A stretch of 64,000 nt of DNA from NCBI GenBank assembly GCA_965140415.1, contig OZ223209.1:5312001-5376000 (forward strand). Reading direction: 5' to 3'. The translations under genes were made by a program, and so were the position numbers. Positions 28,839-39,568 of this stretch are shown one piece after another. This DNA comes from Myxococcota bacterium. GTDB taxonomy: Bacteria; Myxococcota_A; SURF-8. Numbering within the stretch: the first letter of the stretch is position 1; each line of letters starts with the position of its first letter. The notes beneath the pieces were generated by a model. That model was not told where the DNA came from and did not search any database. It was given only the letters and a program-made list of their open reading frames with translations.

Positions 28839-30543
28839 CGAATTGATTAAAAAATACTTCCTTTCCATCTTCGATGGGAAATCCATGAGCAGTAAAAGCT
28901 ATCATGCATCAGAGAGGGAATGGAAAATTGATTGGTCTAGGTATGCAAATATAATGTTGGGAAAGGATGAATTGGCACAACATATTTCAACAGCGGATTG
29001 GGACACCGTTCTGAAACGAATGAAAATGGTGATGGAGCCCAGCAGCAAAGACGTTAAAGGGACTGCGCAATTATTAAATAATATGCATTATCCCTGGTTT
29101 TCAGACTTTATGACCGATGGCGACGTCGATAGTAAGCAAGCATTTGTAAAATCATTTTATAACTACCTGTATGGCTCGAGTACACTTAGGGATAGATTTA
29201 CCAACTTTTTCGATGTGGCATACTCCACAGCAAAAAAGCATTATCGAACAAATGTTTCGCCTAATTCGGTCATTTCTTGGCCTTTCATGCTTTTCTTTCC
29301 CTACATATTATCACCGGAAAGCAATGAATTTCCCTATTTTCGACCCAAAGATATTAATAAACTTAGAAGCAGTTACGGGAGTACCTACAAGCATTCAACA
29401 AAACCAAATTTTGACTCTTACCTTGATGCCAAGTCCTTGTTTTCGGACTTAATGTCTATTATCAAAGAACTTGATGGCAAGGATTGGCTTGATGTGCAAA
29501 CCCTGATCTTCGTCTTATCTTCATATCAAAAGGATGAAGCATCAAAAAATCTAACTTCTAAAAACAAGGAACCTAACTTGACAAGAATACCATCCTCATC
29601 AAGAATCGAAATAGAATCCACACCCAACCTCATCCTCTACGGCCCTCCGGGAACCGGGAAGACACGCATGGCCAAGCAAATCGCTGTTTCGTATTTGACA
29701 GGCGAAGACATTCAGGATGATTACAGATTGGAAATTGAAGTGGCCAAGCACCAAGGCACTGAAAAGACCCCTGGCTCGCTTGGCATTGTCGTATTCCATC
29801 CGTCTTATGAATACGAGCAGTTCATTGGCGGCATTACCGTCAAAACCGTGGATGAGGAGCAGGCCAAAACGGAGAACAATCCCGGAACCAATACCTTACG
29901 CTACAAGGCGCAGGACGGCATTTTCCTCAAAATGTGCGATCAGGCGGATAAAGATGAACATCCGGAGAATGAAGGGAAAGCCGTACTCATCATCGACGAG
30001 ATCAATCGCGGCAACCTGCCCAAGCTATTAGGCGAACTGATCTATGCCTTGGAGTATAGAGGCAAGGAAGTCACCCTGTCCTATCAACAAAAAAAGATCA
30101 AAGTTCCCGAAGGGTTGATTGTTATTGGGACGATGAATACCGCTGACCGCTCCATCGGCCTTATTGATGTGGCTGTACGAAGACGCTTTGCGCATGTGGA
30201 TGTCGAGCCGAATTCAAGCATTGTAAAAGATCTTTGGGAGAAAAACGACGCCGGGCTTAAAGACTTCGGAGATAAGCTGGCAAACTTGATGAACAAACTC
30301 AATATCAAACTCAAAAACCACCAGGAATTCGGCGATTTTCGCATCGGGCATTCTTATTTCCTGCCAGTGGGATTAAAGGAAAATGAAGATAAAGATAAGT
30401 ACGCGCAGAGAGCAAAAATAGCGATGGATTGGAAGTGGAAAACCTCCATCGTGCCTCTTTTAAAGGAATATGCGAGCATGGGCGCAGAAGATCTTGACAT
30501 CTACATCGAAGCCGGTTCACTTGACGATGCATTCGGAATTTAA
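28831..30543 (+). CDS. mcrB: McrB-family AAA+ GTPase (second copy) with an AT-rich N-terminal domain
   Basis: [56 protein letters not shown]. Confidence 0.9.
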   Translation: MNSELIKKYFLSIFDGKSMSSKSYHASEREWKIDWSRYANIMLGKDELAQHISTADWDTVLKRMKMVMEPSSKDVKGTAQLLNNMHYPWFSDFMTDGDVDSKQAFVKSFYNYLYGSSTLRDRFTNFFDVAYSTAKKHYRTNVSPNSVISWPFMLFFPYILSPESNEFPYFRPKDINKLRSSYGSTYKHSTKPNFDSYLDAKSLFSDLMSIIKELDGKDWLDVQTLIFVLSSYQKDEASKNLTSKNKEPNLTRIPSSSRIEIESTPNLILYGPPGTGKTRMAKQIAVSYLTGEDIQDDYRLEIEVAKHQGTEKTPGSLGIVVFHPSYEYEQFIGGITVKTVDEEQAKTENNPGTNTLRYKAQDGIFLKMCDQADKDEHPENEGKAVLIIDEINRGNLPKLLGELIYALEYRGKEVTLSYQQKKIKVPEGLIVIGTMNTADRSIGLIDVAVRRRFAHVDVEPNSSIVKDLWEKNDAGLKDFGDKLANLMNKLNIKLKNHQEFGDFRIGHSYFLPVGLKENEDKDKYAQRAKIAMDWKWKTSIVPLLKEYASMGAEDLDIYIEAGSLDDAFGI

Positions 30544-32037
30544 GTGATGCAAGATTCCGAAAAGAATACGAATACCGAAAACGACAACTATCGGGATGCG
30601 TCGGAATCTGACGCACAACCGACGACGGTGCTTCACCGCGAATATGATAAGGAGACGTCACTTTACGCGGATAACACCGAAGGACTTGCAGGGAAAAAAG
30701 AATTAACGCTCGTCAACGCCGAGCGTCCCTACTATCAGCCCACCTATTATGTCGGTTTCATGCCTTTTTCGTGGAATGAGCGAATACATGATGGTGAGGA
30801 AGCATCAAAGGAAGGGAACAAGGAAAAAGCTCTATTATTGCTTCTGCCAAAGGGCGCTCCGAAATCGGAGGAGAGCGAAAATGCGGGAGAATTGCAGTTT
30901 CAAAGCCTCGTGCGGTTTCTGGATATGTGGGCGATTGGAACCGGTCTGGATGAAAAAGAAAAGGCCGAAAAGGAAAACGAAACTTACACGTTCGCCCGCG
31001 ATCTCCCGCTTGCTTATCGCTTCTTCTTCCTCATCGCATGGCGCTATGAAAAGGCCTTGCGCACCCTTTGCCATCACGACTTCCGCCGCTTCTACACCAA
31101 GCACGAAGAAACCCTCAACGGAAGAATCAAGGGGCGCATGCATTTTCCCTCGATGATGAGAAATGCGCTTCACGGCAAGGCGCACCGCATCCCCTGTAGA
31201 TGGGAAGAGTTCGATTTCGACAATCATGACAACCGCGTGCTGAAAGCCGCCATGACGGCCCTGATGCACCATGCGCCCGATCCCGCTTTGCGAAGAAAGC
31301 TCTTCGGGCTTTTCGCTCATGTTTTACCTTATTTCAGCGAGGTGCAAGATGTTTCTATTTCACCAGCAGATTTATTGAAAACGAAGCTCAACCGCATCTC
31401 GAAGCAATACAAGGCCGCGCATGAATGGGCGTCATTTATCATAAGAGGCATGAACGCTTTTGAGCAGGGCACGATGCCGCAATTGACCTTTAACGCGAAT
31501 GATGCCTTCGAACGCTTTGCTTTTCGCATCACCCAAAAAGCAGCAGAAGCGGCTGGGAATGCAAAGGCGGTCAAACAACCCACGCACGGGCTTGTAACTA
31601 ATCAAGAGAAACCCCAAATCGATCCCGATATTCGGATTCTTCCGTTTGGTGCCGGTCTCGATGATACTCACATAGCGGTGGGCGATGCGAAATATAAACA
31701 AGTTTTGGAGTTGAAGGATGTAGATACGAGTAAAGACAAAGATGTCATCGTATTCAACGAACAATCGTGGAAGATGAAACTTCGCTCGGCCGATCTTTAC
31801 CAACTCTACGCATATATAATGCTAACAGGCGCAAAACGTGGTTTTTTTGTAGTTCCGTTTTGGGGTGAAAACATGGACGCAGAAGCCACGATTCTTCATA
31901 ACCAAAATGGAGAACTTAAAATTGGTATAAAAGATATGAATTATCCAATCGCCGTTCTCATGCTCAATCTTATGAAACCGCCCCGTGATGTGCTACATGA
32001 AGCCGCGCGTAAATTGAGAATATGGCTCCAAGAATAA
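30544..32037 (+). CDS. mcrC: McrC-family subunit (second copy)
   Basis: YYVG, IKGRM, DNHDNRVLKAA, FERF, PDI...GDAKYK, ADLYQLYAY. Confidence 0.8.
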   Translation: MMQDSEKNTNTENDNYRDASESDAQPTTVLHREYDKETSLYADNTEGLAGKKELTLVNAERPYYQPTYYVGFMPFSWNERIHDGEEASKEGNKEKALLLLLPKGAPKSEESENAGELQFQSLVRFLDMWAIGTGLDEKEKAEKENETYTFARDLPLAYRFFFLIAWRYEKALRTLCHHDFRRFYTKHEETLNGRIKGRMHFPSMMRNALHGKAHRIPCRWEEFDFDNHDNRVLKAAMTALMHHAPDPALRRKLFGLFAHVLPYFSEVQDVSISPADLLKTKLNRISKQYKAAHEWASFIIRGMNAFEQGTMPQLTFNANDAFERFAFRITQKAAEAAGNAKAVKQPTHGLVTNQEKPQIDPDIRILPFGAGLDDTHIAVGDAKYKQVLELKDVDTSKDKDVIVFNEQSWKMKLRSADLYQLYAYIMLTGAKRGFFVVPFWGENMDAEATILHNQNGELKIGIKDMNYPIAVLMLNLMKPPRDVLHEAARKLRIWLQE

Positions 32038-32072
32038 TTGAGTTTTCCTCGCAAATTGTAGGATAAATTGCA

Positions 32073-34703
32073 ATGCAACTAACCTTCGACCCCAGCTTCG
32101 ACACCGGCCACTTTCCCGGGCCTTTACATGAAAAAGACGCCGTCTGTGGCGAGGCTTGGGTCGGTCCTATGGGCCTGATCGGCCTGCTGGAAATCGCCCT
32201 CGGTCTGGGCGGCCTGTATGAAAGCGACGATGTCCGCGCCGCTTCCATCGTTCCTGCGATCTCAGGGATGGACGGGGTGTTCTTCACAAAATCGGCGGAA
32301 CGCAATGTCTTTCAGACCGCTCGTACCCTATTGCGCTGGCGGGATATGCTCTGGTTATGCGGATGGCGAGGGGAAGGTAAACATCCCACGCTTTCCGCTC
32401 TTTCCAAAGCATGCGCCGCCGTGCCTCCCGGCATGCCAGATCGTTTGGTTGCCATTCTGGGCGCTCTCGATAAACAGCAAATCGATATCGAAACGGTGCG
32501 GGTGATCGTGGATGAACCGGGGGATTGGCGAAGCGCCCTATCACATCTCCCGCTCATGTGGTTGCGTCTGTTCGAGTCGATGTCTGCAGTTGGCATGACC
32601 ATTGAGGCGCTACCGATTGAAAACTTGAAGGCCACCGGTGATCTTGGCCTTGCGCAAGAAACCGCTTCAGGAACTATTGGAAATCGTCCTGCCACTGGTG
32701 ACGAGACGCTGCTCTTGCTTCGGCCTTCTGGCCCCATGCAGGCAGCAGAAGAAGTAGCGGCATACTTCTCTGCGCTGAAGGATGCAGGACGAACGGTTAT
32801 TATTCAACCCTCACCCTTGCTCGATCTTGCATTCCGGCGATTCGGATTGCCGACCACCGGAGCTTCAAAGGCGTCGGATAACCCCTTGCTCGATGTTCTT
32901 CCGCTTGTGTTCGACATGATGTGGGATCCTCCCGATCCGTCACGGGCAATGGCGCTTCTGTCCATTCCGGGAGGTCCGGTTCCAACAACAATGGCATGGT
33001 GGCTACGCCGTGCTCTACAGGATTGGCCCGCTGTCGCTTCGTCAACATGGGATGAAAACCTGGAGCGCGGGTTGAATAAAATCGATGACGAAAAGCGGCG
33101 TGAGCGATTGGCTGATCGCTTGTCCACCGTATTCTCCATGACGATGAATCGGCAGAAGCTTCAAACGACGGAGACGCCTTATCCCGTTTCCGATTTGACT
33201 TCACTTGCCAGTGCGATAGAAAACTGGGCGCTTGCTCGTGCAAGTCTCACGGATGATGAGCATTCGGAATCGTATTTCACCGTGGTTTCTCAGTGTCGGA
33301 TCGTGCGGAATGTTCTGGAAACCTGCGGACGGGAGTATTTGTCCGAAGTTGAACTCCAGGACATCTGTGCTTCGGCAACGGCAAGCGCAGTAGGATCGAA
33401 AGGTGAGAAACAGGAAGTTGGTTGGCATGTCGTTCAATCGCCGGCTGCCGTTACCGCGCCGGTGGAGCGGGTGATCTGGTGGAATTTCAACCAGGATACT
33501 ATTTCCACGCCACCGGTGATACCCTTTGAAAACGAAATCATAGACGAATTGGCGTCCTTTGGTGTTCACCTTCCGCAGCCGCAAGCAATCGCACTGGCGC
33601 AGGCCCGGCGATGGAAACGCCCCTTGCTGGCTGCACAAAAACAACTGATTCTCGTCTGTCCGCGTGCAGGGGAAGATGGCGAAGAAAATCATCCGCATCC
33701 GCTATGGGACGAACTATCTAACATGAAAGAGCACCATAAACTCATCCGAGCAAACCTGCCAGCCAACGCCAAAACAACTCTTCCCGAACATCTGCCGACA
33801 CCCCAGGCTTGTAGATATTGGGAGACGGCGAAAGGATACATCTCTGCGCCTGAAACCTGGTCGCCTTCGAGTCTCGGCACACTGGTTTCCTGTCCCTTCA
33901 AATGGGTTCTTTCCAAGACTGCCGGGATTGAGAATGGTTCATTGTCCACTCTGCCTAACGATTCCGCCACGAAAGGCAGCTTGACCCATGAAGTATTGGA
34001 GCGGGTTCTGGAGGCCGGGCCTTTGGAGCCGAAGGCGGCAGCTCGCCTCGCGGCAAAGGTCTTCAACGAGATCGGGCCACGCCGAATGGCGCGCTTGTGG
34101 CTGGATGGCAATGAACAGGAAAAAGCGCGGACCGAGCGCGATCTGTCGAAGGCAGTTGAATTCCTGCTCAAGCTGCTTTCCCGGAACAAGCTGAAAGTCG
34201 TTGCGACGGAAAAAGAGCTGACCGGCACGGCAGGCGATTTCCCTCTTCGTGGTTATGCGGATTTGATCGTCGGTGATCCGCTGACGATCATTGATCACAA
34301 ATGGCAAAGCGGATCCTATTATCAGCGCATGCTGGATGGAGGAAGCGCCTACCAGCTCGCGACGTACAGCTACATGCAAAAAGAAGGCGACCGAATGCCC
34401 GGTGTCGCTTATTTCATCGTCAGCGAGCGAAGACTTCTGGTTCCGCAGAGTGTTGACTTGGAAGGAGCGGAAGTTCAAGCCAGTTCTCCGCCGCAGGAAT
34501 CCGTGTGGCAGGCTTTTCGCGAGACGTATGAGCGGGTCTGGCAAAGCGTCAGGGACGGTGAAATCGTCGCAACTGGAGTTCCTGGCGAAGACGGTGAAAC
34601 GTCGCCATCCAGCAACCGTTTTACAGGTGAATCTCTGACTTTGGCTCCATCCTGCAGATTCTGTGATTACGGCTGGCTCTGCGGCCTGGAATATGGGGAG
34701 TAG
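32073..34703 (+). CDS. AddB-like PD-(D/E)XK nuclease with an Fe-S motif
   Basis: SPSSLGTLVSCPFKW, GYADL...IIDHK, YQLATY, CRFCDYGWLC. Confidence 0.8.
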   Translation: MQLTFDPSFDTGHFPGPLHEKDAVCGEAWVGPMGLIGLLEIALGLGGLYESDDVRAASIVPAISGMDGVFFTKSAERNVFQTARTLLRWRDMLWLCGWRGEGKHPTLSALSKACAAVPPGMPDRLVAILGALDKQQIDIETVRVIVDEPGDWRSALSHLPLMWLRLFESMSAVGMTIEALPIENLKATGDLGLAQETASGTIGNRPATGDETLLLLRPSGPMQAAEEVAAYFSALKDAGRTVIIQPSPLLDLAFRRFGLPTTGASKASDNPLLDVLPLVFDMMWDPPDPSRAMALLSIPGGPVPTTMAWWLRRALQDWPAVASSTWDENLERGLNKIDDEKRRERLADRLSTVFSMTMNRQKLQTTETPYPVSDLTSLASAIENWALARASLTDDEHSESYFTVVSQCRIVRNVLETCGREYLSEVELQDICASATASAVGSKGEKQEVGWHVVQSPAAVTAPVERVIWWNFNQDTISTPPVIPFENEIIDELASFGVHLPQPQAIALAQARRWKRPLLAAQKQLILVCPRAGEDGEENHPHPLWDELSNMKEHHKLIRANLPANAKTTLPEHLPTPQACRYWETAKGYISAPETWSPSSLGTLVSCPFKWVLSKTAGIENGSLSTLPNDSATKGSLTHEVLERVLEAGPLEPKAAARLAAKVFNEIGPRRMARLWLDGNEQEKARTERDLSKAVEFLLKLLSRNKLKVVATEKELTGTAGDFPLRGYADLIVGDPLTIIDHKWQSGSYYQRMLDGGSAYQLATYSYMQKEGDRMPGVAYFIVSERRLLVPQSVDLEGAEVQASSPPQESVWQAFRETYERVWQSVRDGEIVATGVPGEDGETSPSSNRFTGESLTLAPSCRFCDYGWLCGLEYGE

Positions 34704-34706
34704 CCG

Positions 34707-37700
34707 ATGGGGACGATTGATATCATTTCCGCCAGCGCCGGTAGCGGTAAAACCTATACCCTGAGTCAGCGCCTTGCCTTAGCCCTGTCCTCCGGTGAAA
34801 CCAGCCCCGAATCAGTGATCGCGGTCACATTTACCAAAAAGGCCGCCGCCGAGTTGCGCGAGCGGGTGCGAAGCTATTTGATCGCCGAGGGCAAACACGA
34901 CGACGCTCATCGCCTTCTGTCCAGCTATATCGGCACGGTGGATGCCATCTGTAATCGCCTGGTGGCGACCTTTGCTTTCGATCTGGGCATTCCGCCGGAG
35001 CCCGTATTGGTAGAAAAAGAACAACAAAAAGCCACGCTCAGCAGGATTTTGAGCCAGCAAGTGTCCCCGGACCAGGAAAGCGACATGTTGTCGTTATCCA
35101 GTCGCCTCGACTTGGCCAGTTGGACCGATACGGTTCACGACATGATCGAATTCATCCGTCTCAATCGGCTTGATGGGGAGGCTTTGCACCAAAGTGAGGC
35201 GAAAAGTGTGGAAGGGATCCAAGCGCTCTTCAAAGCCGGAAAGAACAATCCTGATGACCTGGAATCAAGATTGCTGGAGGCTGCTTATGAATGGCTTTCA
35301 GAAATCAGCAACCTGCCGAAAGTAACCAAGGGTACGCAAACCAAAGCAACTGCGCTTCGCCGGATCCTTGGAGACTTCAGAAACAGTCAGAATCCCAAAT
35401 GGAATCTCTGGCCGCAGATCGCGTATATGGCTCATCCCAGTCAGAAAATGCCCAAGGATGGATTGAATATCTTCGATCCCGTGAAAGCCGCAGCAGAGGC
35501 CATAGACGGACATCCCGGACTGCTTGCGGATATGCTTCTGATGGTGCAACGACTTTTCGCCTTCGCCGAGCAGACGTCGGTTCATTTCGCCAATCGAAAA
35601 CGGAGAAACGGCTGGCTGGACTACACGGATATGGAGGCTCTGGCGCTTGATCTGCTGGAGTTGCCTCGCGTGCGGAAATACCTGGAAGAACATATCAGCC
35701 TTGTGTTGGTTGATGAATTTCAGGACACGAATCCGTTGCAGTTGGCGATTTTCCTGAAACTCGCCTCGATTGCCAAGCACAGCATTTGGGTCGGCGATCA
35801 GAAGCAATCCATTTTCGGATTTCGGGACACCGATCCAAAGTTGATGGATGCCGTTATCGAACAGGTTGGTAAAGGCCGCGCACTCGACGTCCTGCCGCAT
35901 TCATGGCGCAGTGATAAGCGTCTGATCGACCTTACCTCCGAAGTGTTCGCCGAAGTCTTCGAGCCATACGGCATTCCACCGGAAAGGGTTCGTTTGAGTC
36001 TGCCGGACGAGCGTTCACAGGAAGCAGAGATCGATGCTCCTGTGCTCGAAATGTGGGATCTGATCGAGACGACAAATAAGAGCAATACCATTTTGGCTTT
36101 GGCCGCAGGCATACGCAATCTGTTCGATCGTGAGACTTTGGACATCCACGACCCTCGAAGCAAGGAAATCCGCCGGGCAGGGTTCGGTGATGTCGCGGTG
36201 CTGTGTCGCACGAACGATACCTGCGCCGAGGTGGCTGCGGTTCTGAAAGCCTGGAACATTCCGGTGGCGACGCCGCAAGGTGGACTCGTATCCACCTTGG
36301 AGGCAAGGGTTCTTATCAATGGGATGAGATTGGTCGGCGACCCACGCGATTCGCTGGCGTTAGCAGAATTGCATCGTTTGCTGAATCACCCGACGGATGA
36401 AGATGCCTGGTTTTCAAGTATCCTGTCCGACATGGAGGCAATCAAACAACACGATCCGATACACGATCTTATCGAACAGAGCAAACAACACGGACGTTCC
36501 GGTGCGCTAGAAGCCTTTGACCATGTCTGCCATACGCTCGATATCCGCAGCCTGTGTGCTCGCTGGGGAGATTCATCCAAGCGACTGGCGAACGTGGAGA
36601 AGCTTAGAGCACTGGTAGTTCAGTACATCCAGACTGGAAATAATGTAAAAACCGCTTCCTCGCTTGCGGATTATTTGTCGGAACTGGCGGGCCATGAAGG
36701 AGACGAACAGGGCATCCCGGCCGGCGGCGATATGGTGACGGTATTGACGATTCACAAAGCCAAGGGTTTGGAGTGGCCCATCACGATCCTCTTTGAACTG
36801 GCGAAGACGTATTCCGCCGATCCCTGGAAGCTTTCCGTCGTAGATGATCGGGAATCCATCAATATCAACGATCCGCTCGGTTTCCGTTGGATTCGCTGCT
36901 GGCCGAATCCTTTCGCGAATCTGCGGAGCAACGCCTTCTCCGTGACTACGATTGCGCAGCGAGTCGATGATTCCGATGTGGCGAAAGAAGCCGCAAAACG
37001 TCAAACATACGAGGAACTACGGCTCCTTTATGTTGCCTGGACTCGCGCTCGCGATCGCCTGATTCTAGCCGAAAACGAGCGAAGCTTCTTCACAGGCTTA
37101 CTCGCACCAGTAGCAAGCACTCTCGAAGATTGGAAGAAACAACCCGAAGATGAACAAAAACCACTGTCTGAAACGATTTCGATCCGGCAGTTTGCACCCA
37201 CTGCACCCACGGAGAAGGAACCTGCGCCTGACCCCATGTTCAAAGCTACCCGCCCGCAGGAACATGCACCAGCATACCTGCAACCATCAGCGCTGATGCA
37301 ATCCGGCTTGGTGGGTGACGTCGTCTCAATCGGAGAACGCATCACCCTTAGGAGCCATGATGTTCATATGGATCACGTGGGCGAAGCCATCCATGGCTTC
37401 TTCGCGGCTGATCGCAAGGGATATTCATTGAAACAACGCCTGGATATGGCGAATGGTTTGCTGGAAAGATGGCGGGTCGGCAATGCTTTGTCGGCAGAAA
37501 GCGTCGTGGCCGGTTCCGATAATCTTTACACCTGGATAGATGCGAATTGGAAAGATGCCAAGTATCGACGTGAATGGCCGTTGACCTATCGCAACGAGCA
37601 GGGCACCATTCTTCGGGGAAACGCCGATCTTGTATTGCAGACAAATGAAGGCTTCATCATTATCGACCACAAGAGTTTTCCGGGGAACCGAGAGCAAGCC

Positions 37701-37835
37701 TTGGAGAGATGCCGACAATACAGTGGCCAAATCAAGGCCTATGCCGAAGCCGTCATCAAAGGCACGGGGCAACCCGTGCGGGCATCATACATACATCTTC
37801 CGGTTTCAGGAATGATGGTGGAGATGGATATTTGA
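34707..37835 (+). CDS. AddA-like UvrD helicase-nuclease
   Basis: ASAGSGKT, LVDEFQDT, VGDQKQSIFGFR, TIHKAKGLE, LLYVAWTRAR, C-terminal GNADL...IIDHKS. Confidence 0.85.
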   Translation: MGTIDIISASAGSGKTYTLSQRLALALSSGETSPESVIAVTFTKKAAAELRERVRSYLIAEGKHDDAHRLLSSYIGTVDAICNRLVATFAFDLGIPPEPVLVEKEQQKATLSRILSQQVSPDQESDMLSLSSRLDLASWTDTVHDMIEFIRLNRLDGEALHQSEAKSVEGIQALFKAGKNNPDDLESRLLEAAYEWLSEISNLPKVTKGTQTKATALRRILGDFRNSQNPKWNLWPQIAYMAHPSQKMPKDGLNIFDPVKAAAEAIDGHPGLLADMLLMVQRLFAFAEQTSVHFANRKRRNGWLDYTDMEALALDLLELPRVRKYLEEHISLVLVDEFQDTNPLQLAIFLKLASIAKHSIWVGDQKQSIFGFRDTDPKLMDAVIEQVGKGRALDVLPHSWRSDKRLIDLTSEVFAEVFEPYGIPPERVRLSLPDERSQEAEIDAPVLEMWDLIETTNKSNTILALAAGIRNLFDRETLDIHDPRSKEIRRAGFGDVAVLCRTNDTCAEVAAVLKAWNIPVATPQGGLVSTLEARVLINGMRLVGDPRDSLALAELHRLLNHPTDEDAWFSSILSDMEAIKQHDPIHDLIEQSKQHGRSGALEAFDHVCHTLDIRSLCARWGDSSKRLANVEKLRALVVQYIQTGNNVKTASSLADYLSELAGHEGDEQGIPAGGDMVTVLTIHKAKGLEWPITILFELAKTYSADPWKLSVVDDRESININDPLGFRWIRCWPNPFANLRSNAFSVTTIAQRVDDSDVAKEAAKRQTYEELRLLYVAWTRARDRLILAENERSFFTGLLAPVASTLEDWKKQPEDEQKPLSETISIRQFAPTAPTEKEPAPDPMFKATRPQEHAPAYLQPSALMQSGLVGDVVSIGERITLRSHDVHMDHVGEAIHGFFAADRKGYSLKQRLDMANGLLERWRVGNALSAESVVAGSDNLYTWIDANWKDAKYRREWPLTYRNEQGTILRGNADLVLQTNEGFIIIDHKSFPGNREQALERCRQYSGQIKAYAEAVIKGTGQPVRASYIHLPVSGMMVEMDI

Positions 37836-37924
37836 CTATTTGTTCAGCTCAAGGTCCGCACCAATGAGATATAAGTCCTGTGTATGCCATTTTTGATGGG
37901 AAGATCATGCTTTCAATGTTGAAG

Positions 37925-39358
37925 TCAGGCTAACTTTTTCATCCAGCTTTCGATATCTTTCCAACCTTCAACTATTATTACATTTGTGGGTAGATCACTC
38001 CTCTTCTTGTTTTCTTCGTCGCTAAGATGGTCTTGAGGCTGGTTATAGGGGTGCGAAATTAGGAAAACTATATCACAGATAAATGATAGCTTGATCGCTT
38101 TCTGTAGATCATCCTCAACAAAGTATTTAATTTTTCGTCTCTTTGATAAAGTGAAGCGATTCATAATCTTGGTTCCTGTATGAGTTGTATAATCATTCCC
38201 GAATTCAATCTGCAATTTTCCGTAAGGGATACCATTCTTGTCGAGCCATCGTTTTGTGATACGATGTATTGGTTTTCGCTTTAAGTTTTGCAGAAACTCG
38301 ACTCTTCCTGGATTTCTAAAAAAGAAGCTAAGAATATTATACAAGAATAAAACAACTGGCGTACCAGCCCTTTTCGAGAAGGATGCGAGACACTGCTTAA
38401 GCTCATCTTTTGTTTCGCAATCTGGCCATGATCGATAGGTAAATATCTGTATGTCAATATGAAATACATTCTTGAACATGGAAAGAACACTTGCAGCACT
38501 TTCTATCTGTGGCATATCGACCCAATAATTCGGATCGTTGAATACACTTCTCTCCTCCGGTTTGGAAATATTAACTTGACTAGAATAGTTTACGGGCATT
38601 GTATCGAGTTTGTCTGGATTGATTTCTCTTTTGTACTTTTTCTCAAATATATTGCAGAAATGCTCCCTATGCTTGTTTAAAACGCCGTCAATGTCGACAC
38701 CTATAATATTTGACTTCGTATATTCATATTCCTTTCGCCAAGAACACCCAATGTAAAGTGCGAGGTGAAACAATAAGATAATTGGTATTAAGCATAATAT
38801 ATCAAAGGGATATGACTTAGCGTACATGTCTATTGTATTCTGAGACCAAACAGATTGGCAGGATAAGAACATTCGTATGAAAATGACAATAGCAATTGTA
38901 TTAAAGATTGAAAACAACAGAACTACTGAGAAAAAGAACCGCCATTCGAAGTAGTGAGGTTGAGAGGTGGTAACAGGTAGTTGACGTATACGATTCTTGT
39001 AATTTAAACCAAGTTCAGATTGGTCAAAAAAGTATTTCCTAACCCCATTGATCGCACGAGCATAGAGTAAGGCATCATACCTCATATAAATAACATATAT
39101 GAGCAGAGAGAGGCCAACCAAGAATAACGCCAAGAAAAGCAAAGCAATTGGGAACTGGTGTTTTATAAATATACTGGTTATTTCTTTTTTATTGAATAGT
39201 AGTGCTGCAGCTGGAAATGGTATAGACATTACCAGTATAAGATATCTGATAAACTGGCTTATCGAGTCTATGGATTTAAAATGAGCGTTGGCAAGATTCT
39301 GGTATTCAGCAAGAAGAAACTCGGGAAATTGATCTTTGCATTTTTGAACATCCATCAT
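37925..39358 (-). CDS. Membrane (about 4 TM) domain fused to a HAD 5'(3')-nucleotidase-like domain
   Basis: Hydrophobic helices in the first ~210 aa; IGVDIDGVL (HAD motif I), IFTYR, FVEDD, HPYN. Confidence 0.7.
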   Translation of the reverse strand: MMDVQKCKDQFPEFLLAEYQNLANAHFKSIDSISQFIRYLILVMSIPFPAAALLFNKKEITSIFIKHQFPIALLFLALFLVGLSLLIYVIYMRYDALLYARAINGVRKYFFDQSELGLNYKNRIRQLPVTTSQPHYFEWRFFFSVVLLFSIFNTIAIVIFIRMFLSCQSVWSQNTIDMYAKSYPFDILCLIPIILLFHLALYIGCSWRKEYEYTKSNIIGVDIDGVLNKHREHFCNIFEKKYKREINPDKLDTMPVNYSSQVNISKPEERSVFNDPNYWVDMPQIESAASVLSMFKNVFHIDIQIFTYRSWPDCETKDELKQCLASFSKRAGTPVVLFLYNILSFFFRNPGRVEFLQNLKRKPIHRITKRWLDKNGIPYGKLQIEFGNDYTTHTGTKIMNRFTLSKRRKIKYFVEDDLQKAIKLSFICDIVFLISHPYNQPQDHLSDEENKKRSDLPTNVIIVEGWKDIESWMKKLA

Positions 39359-39523
39359 TGCCGAATCACCTCACAATTCTGGTAGCAGTATCAATGTAAC
39401 TTCAAAAACCGATTTTTCCCTATGTTCGTGTACATGTTCTCCCTTGTTCCATCTTCGATGCTGCCATAGTAAGTAGTAATTCTAGCCTCCGATACTATTG
39501 ACTGGGTTAGAGAATCAAGCTTT

Positions 39524-39532
39524 ATTATACCA
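39524..39532 (-). promoter_or_regulatory. Extended -10 element upstream of the TM-HAD gene
   Basis: TGGTATAAT on the minus strand within the 210-bp gap. Confidence 0.4.
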
Positions 39533-39568
39533 TTCGTTTAAAAGGGAAAACTACGCAGTTCTATTGTT

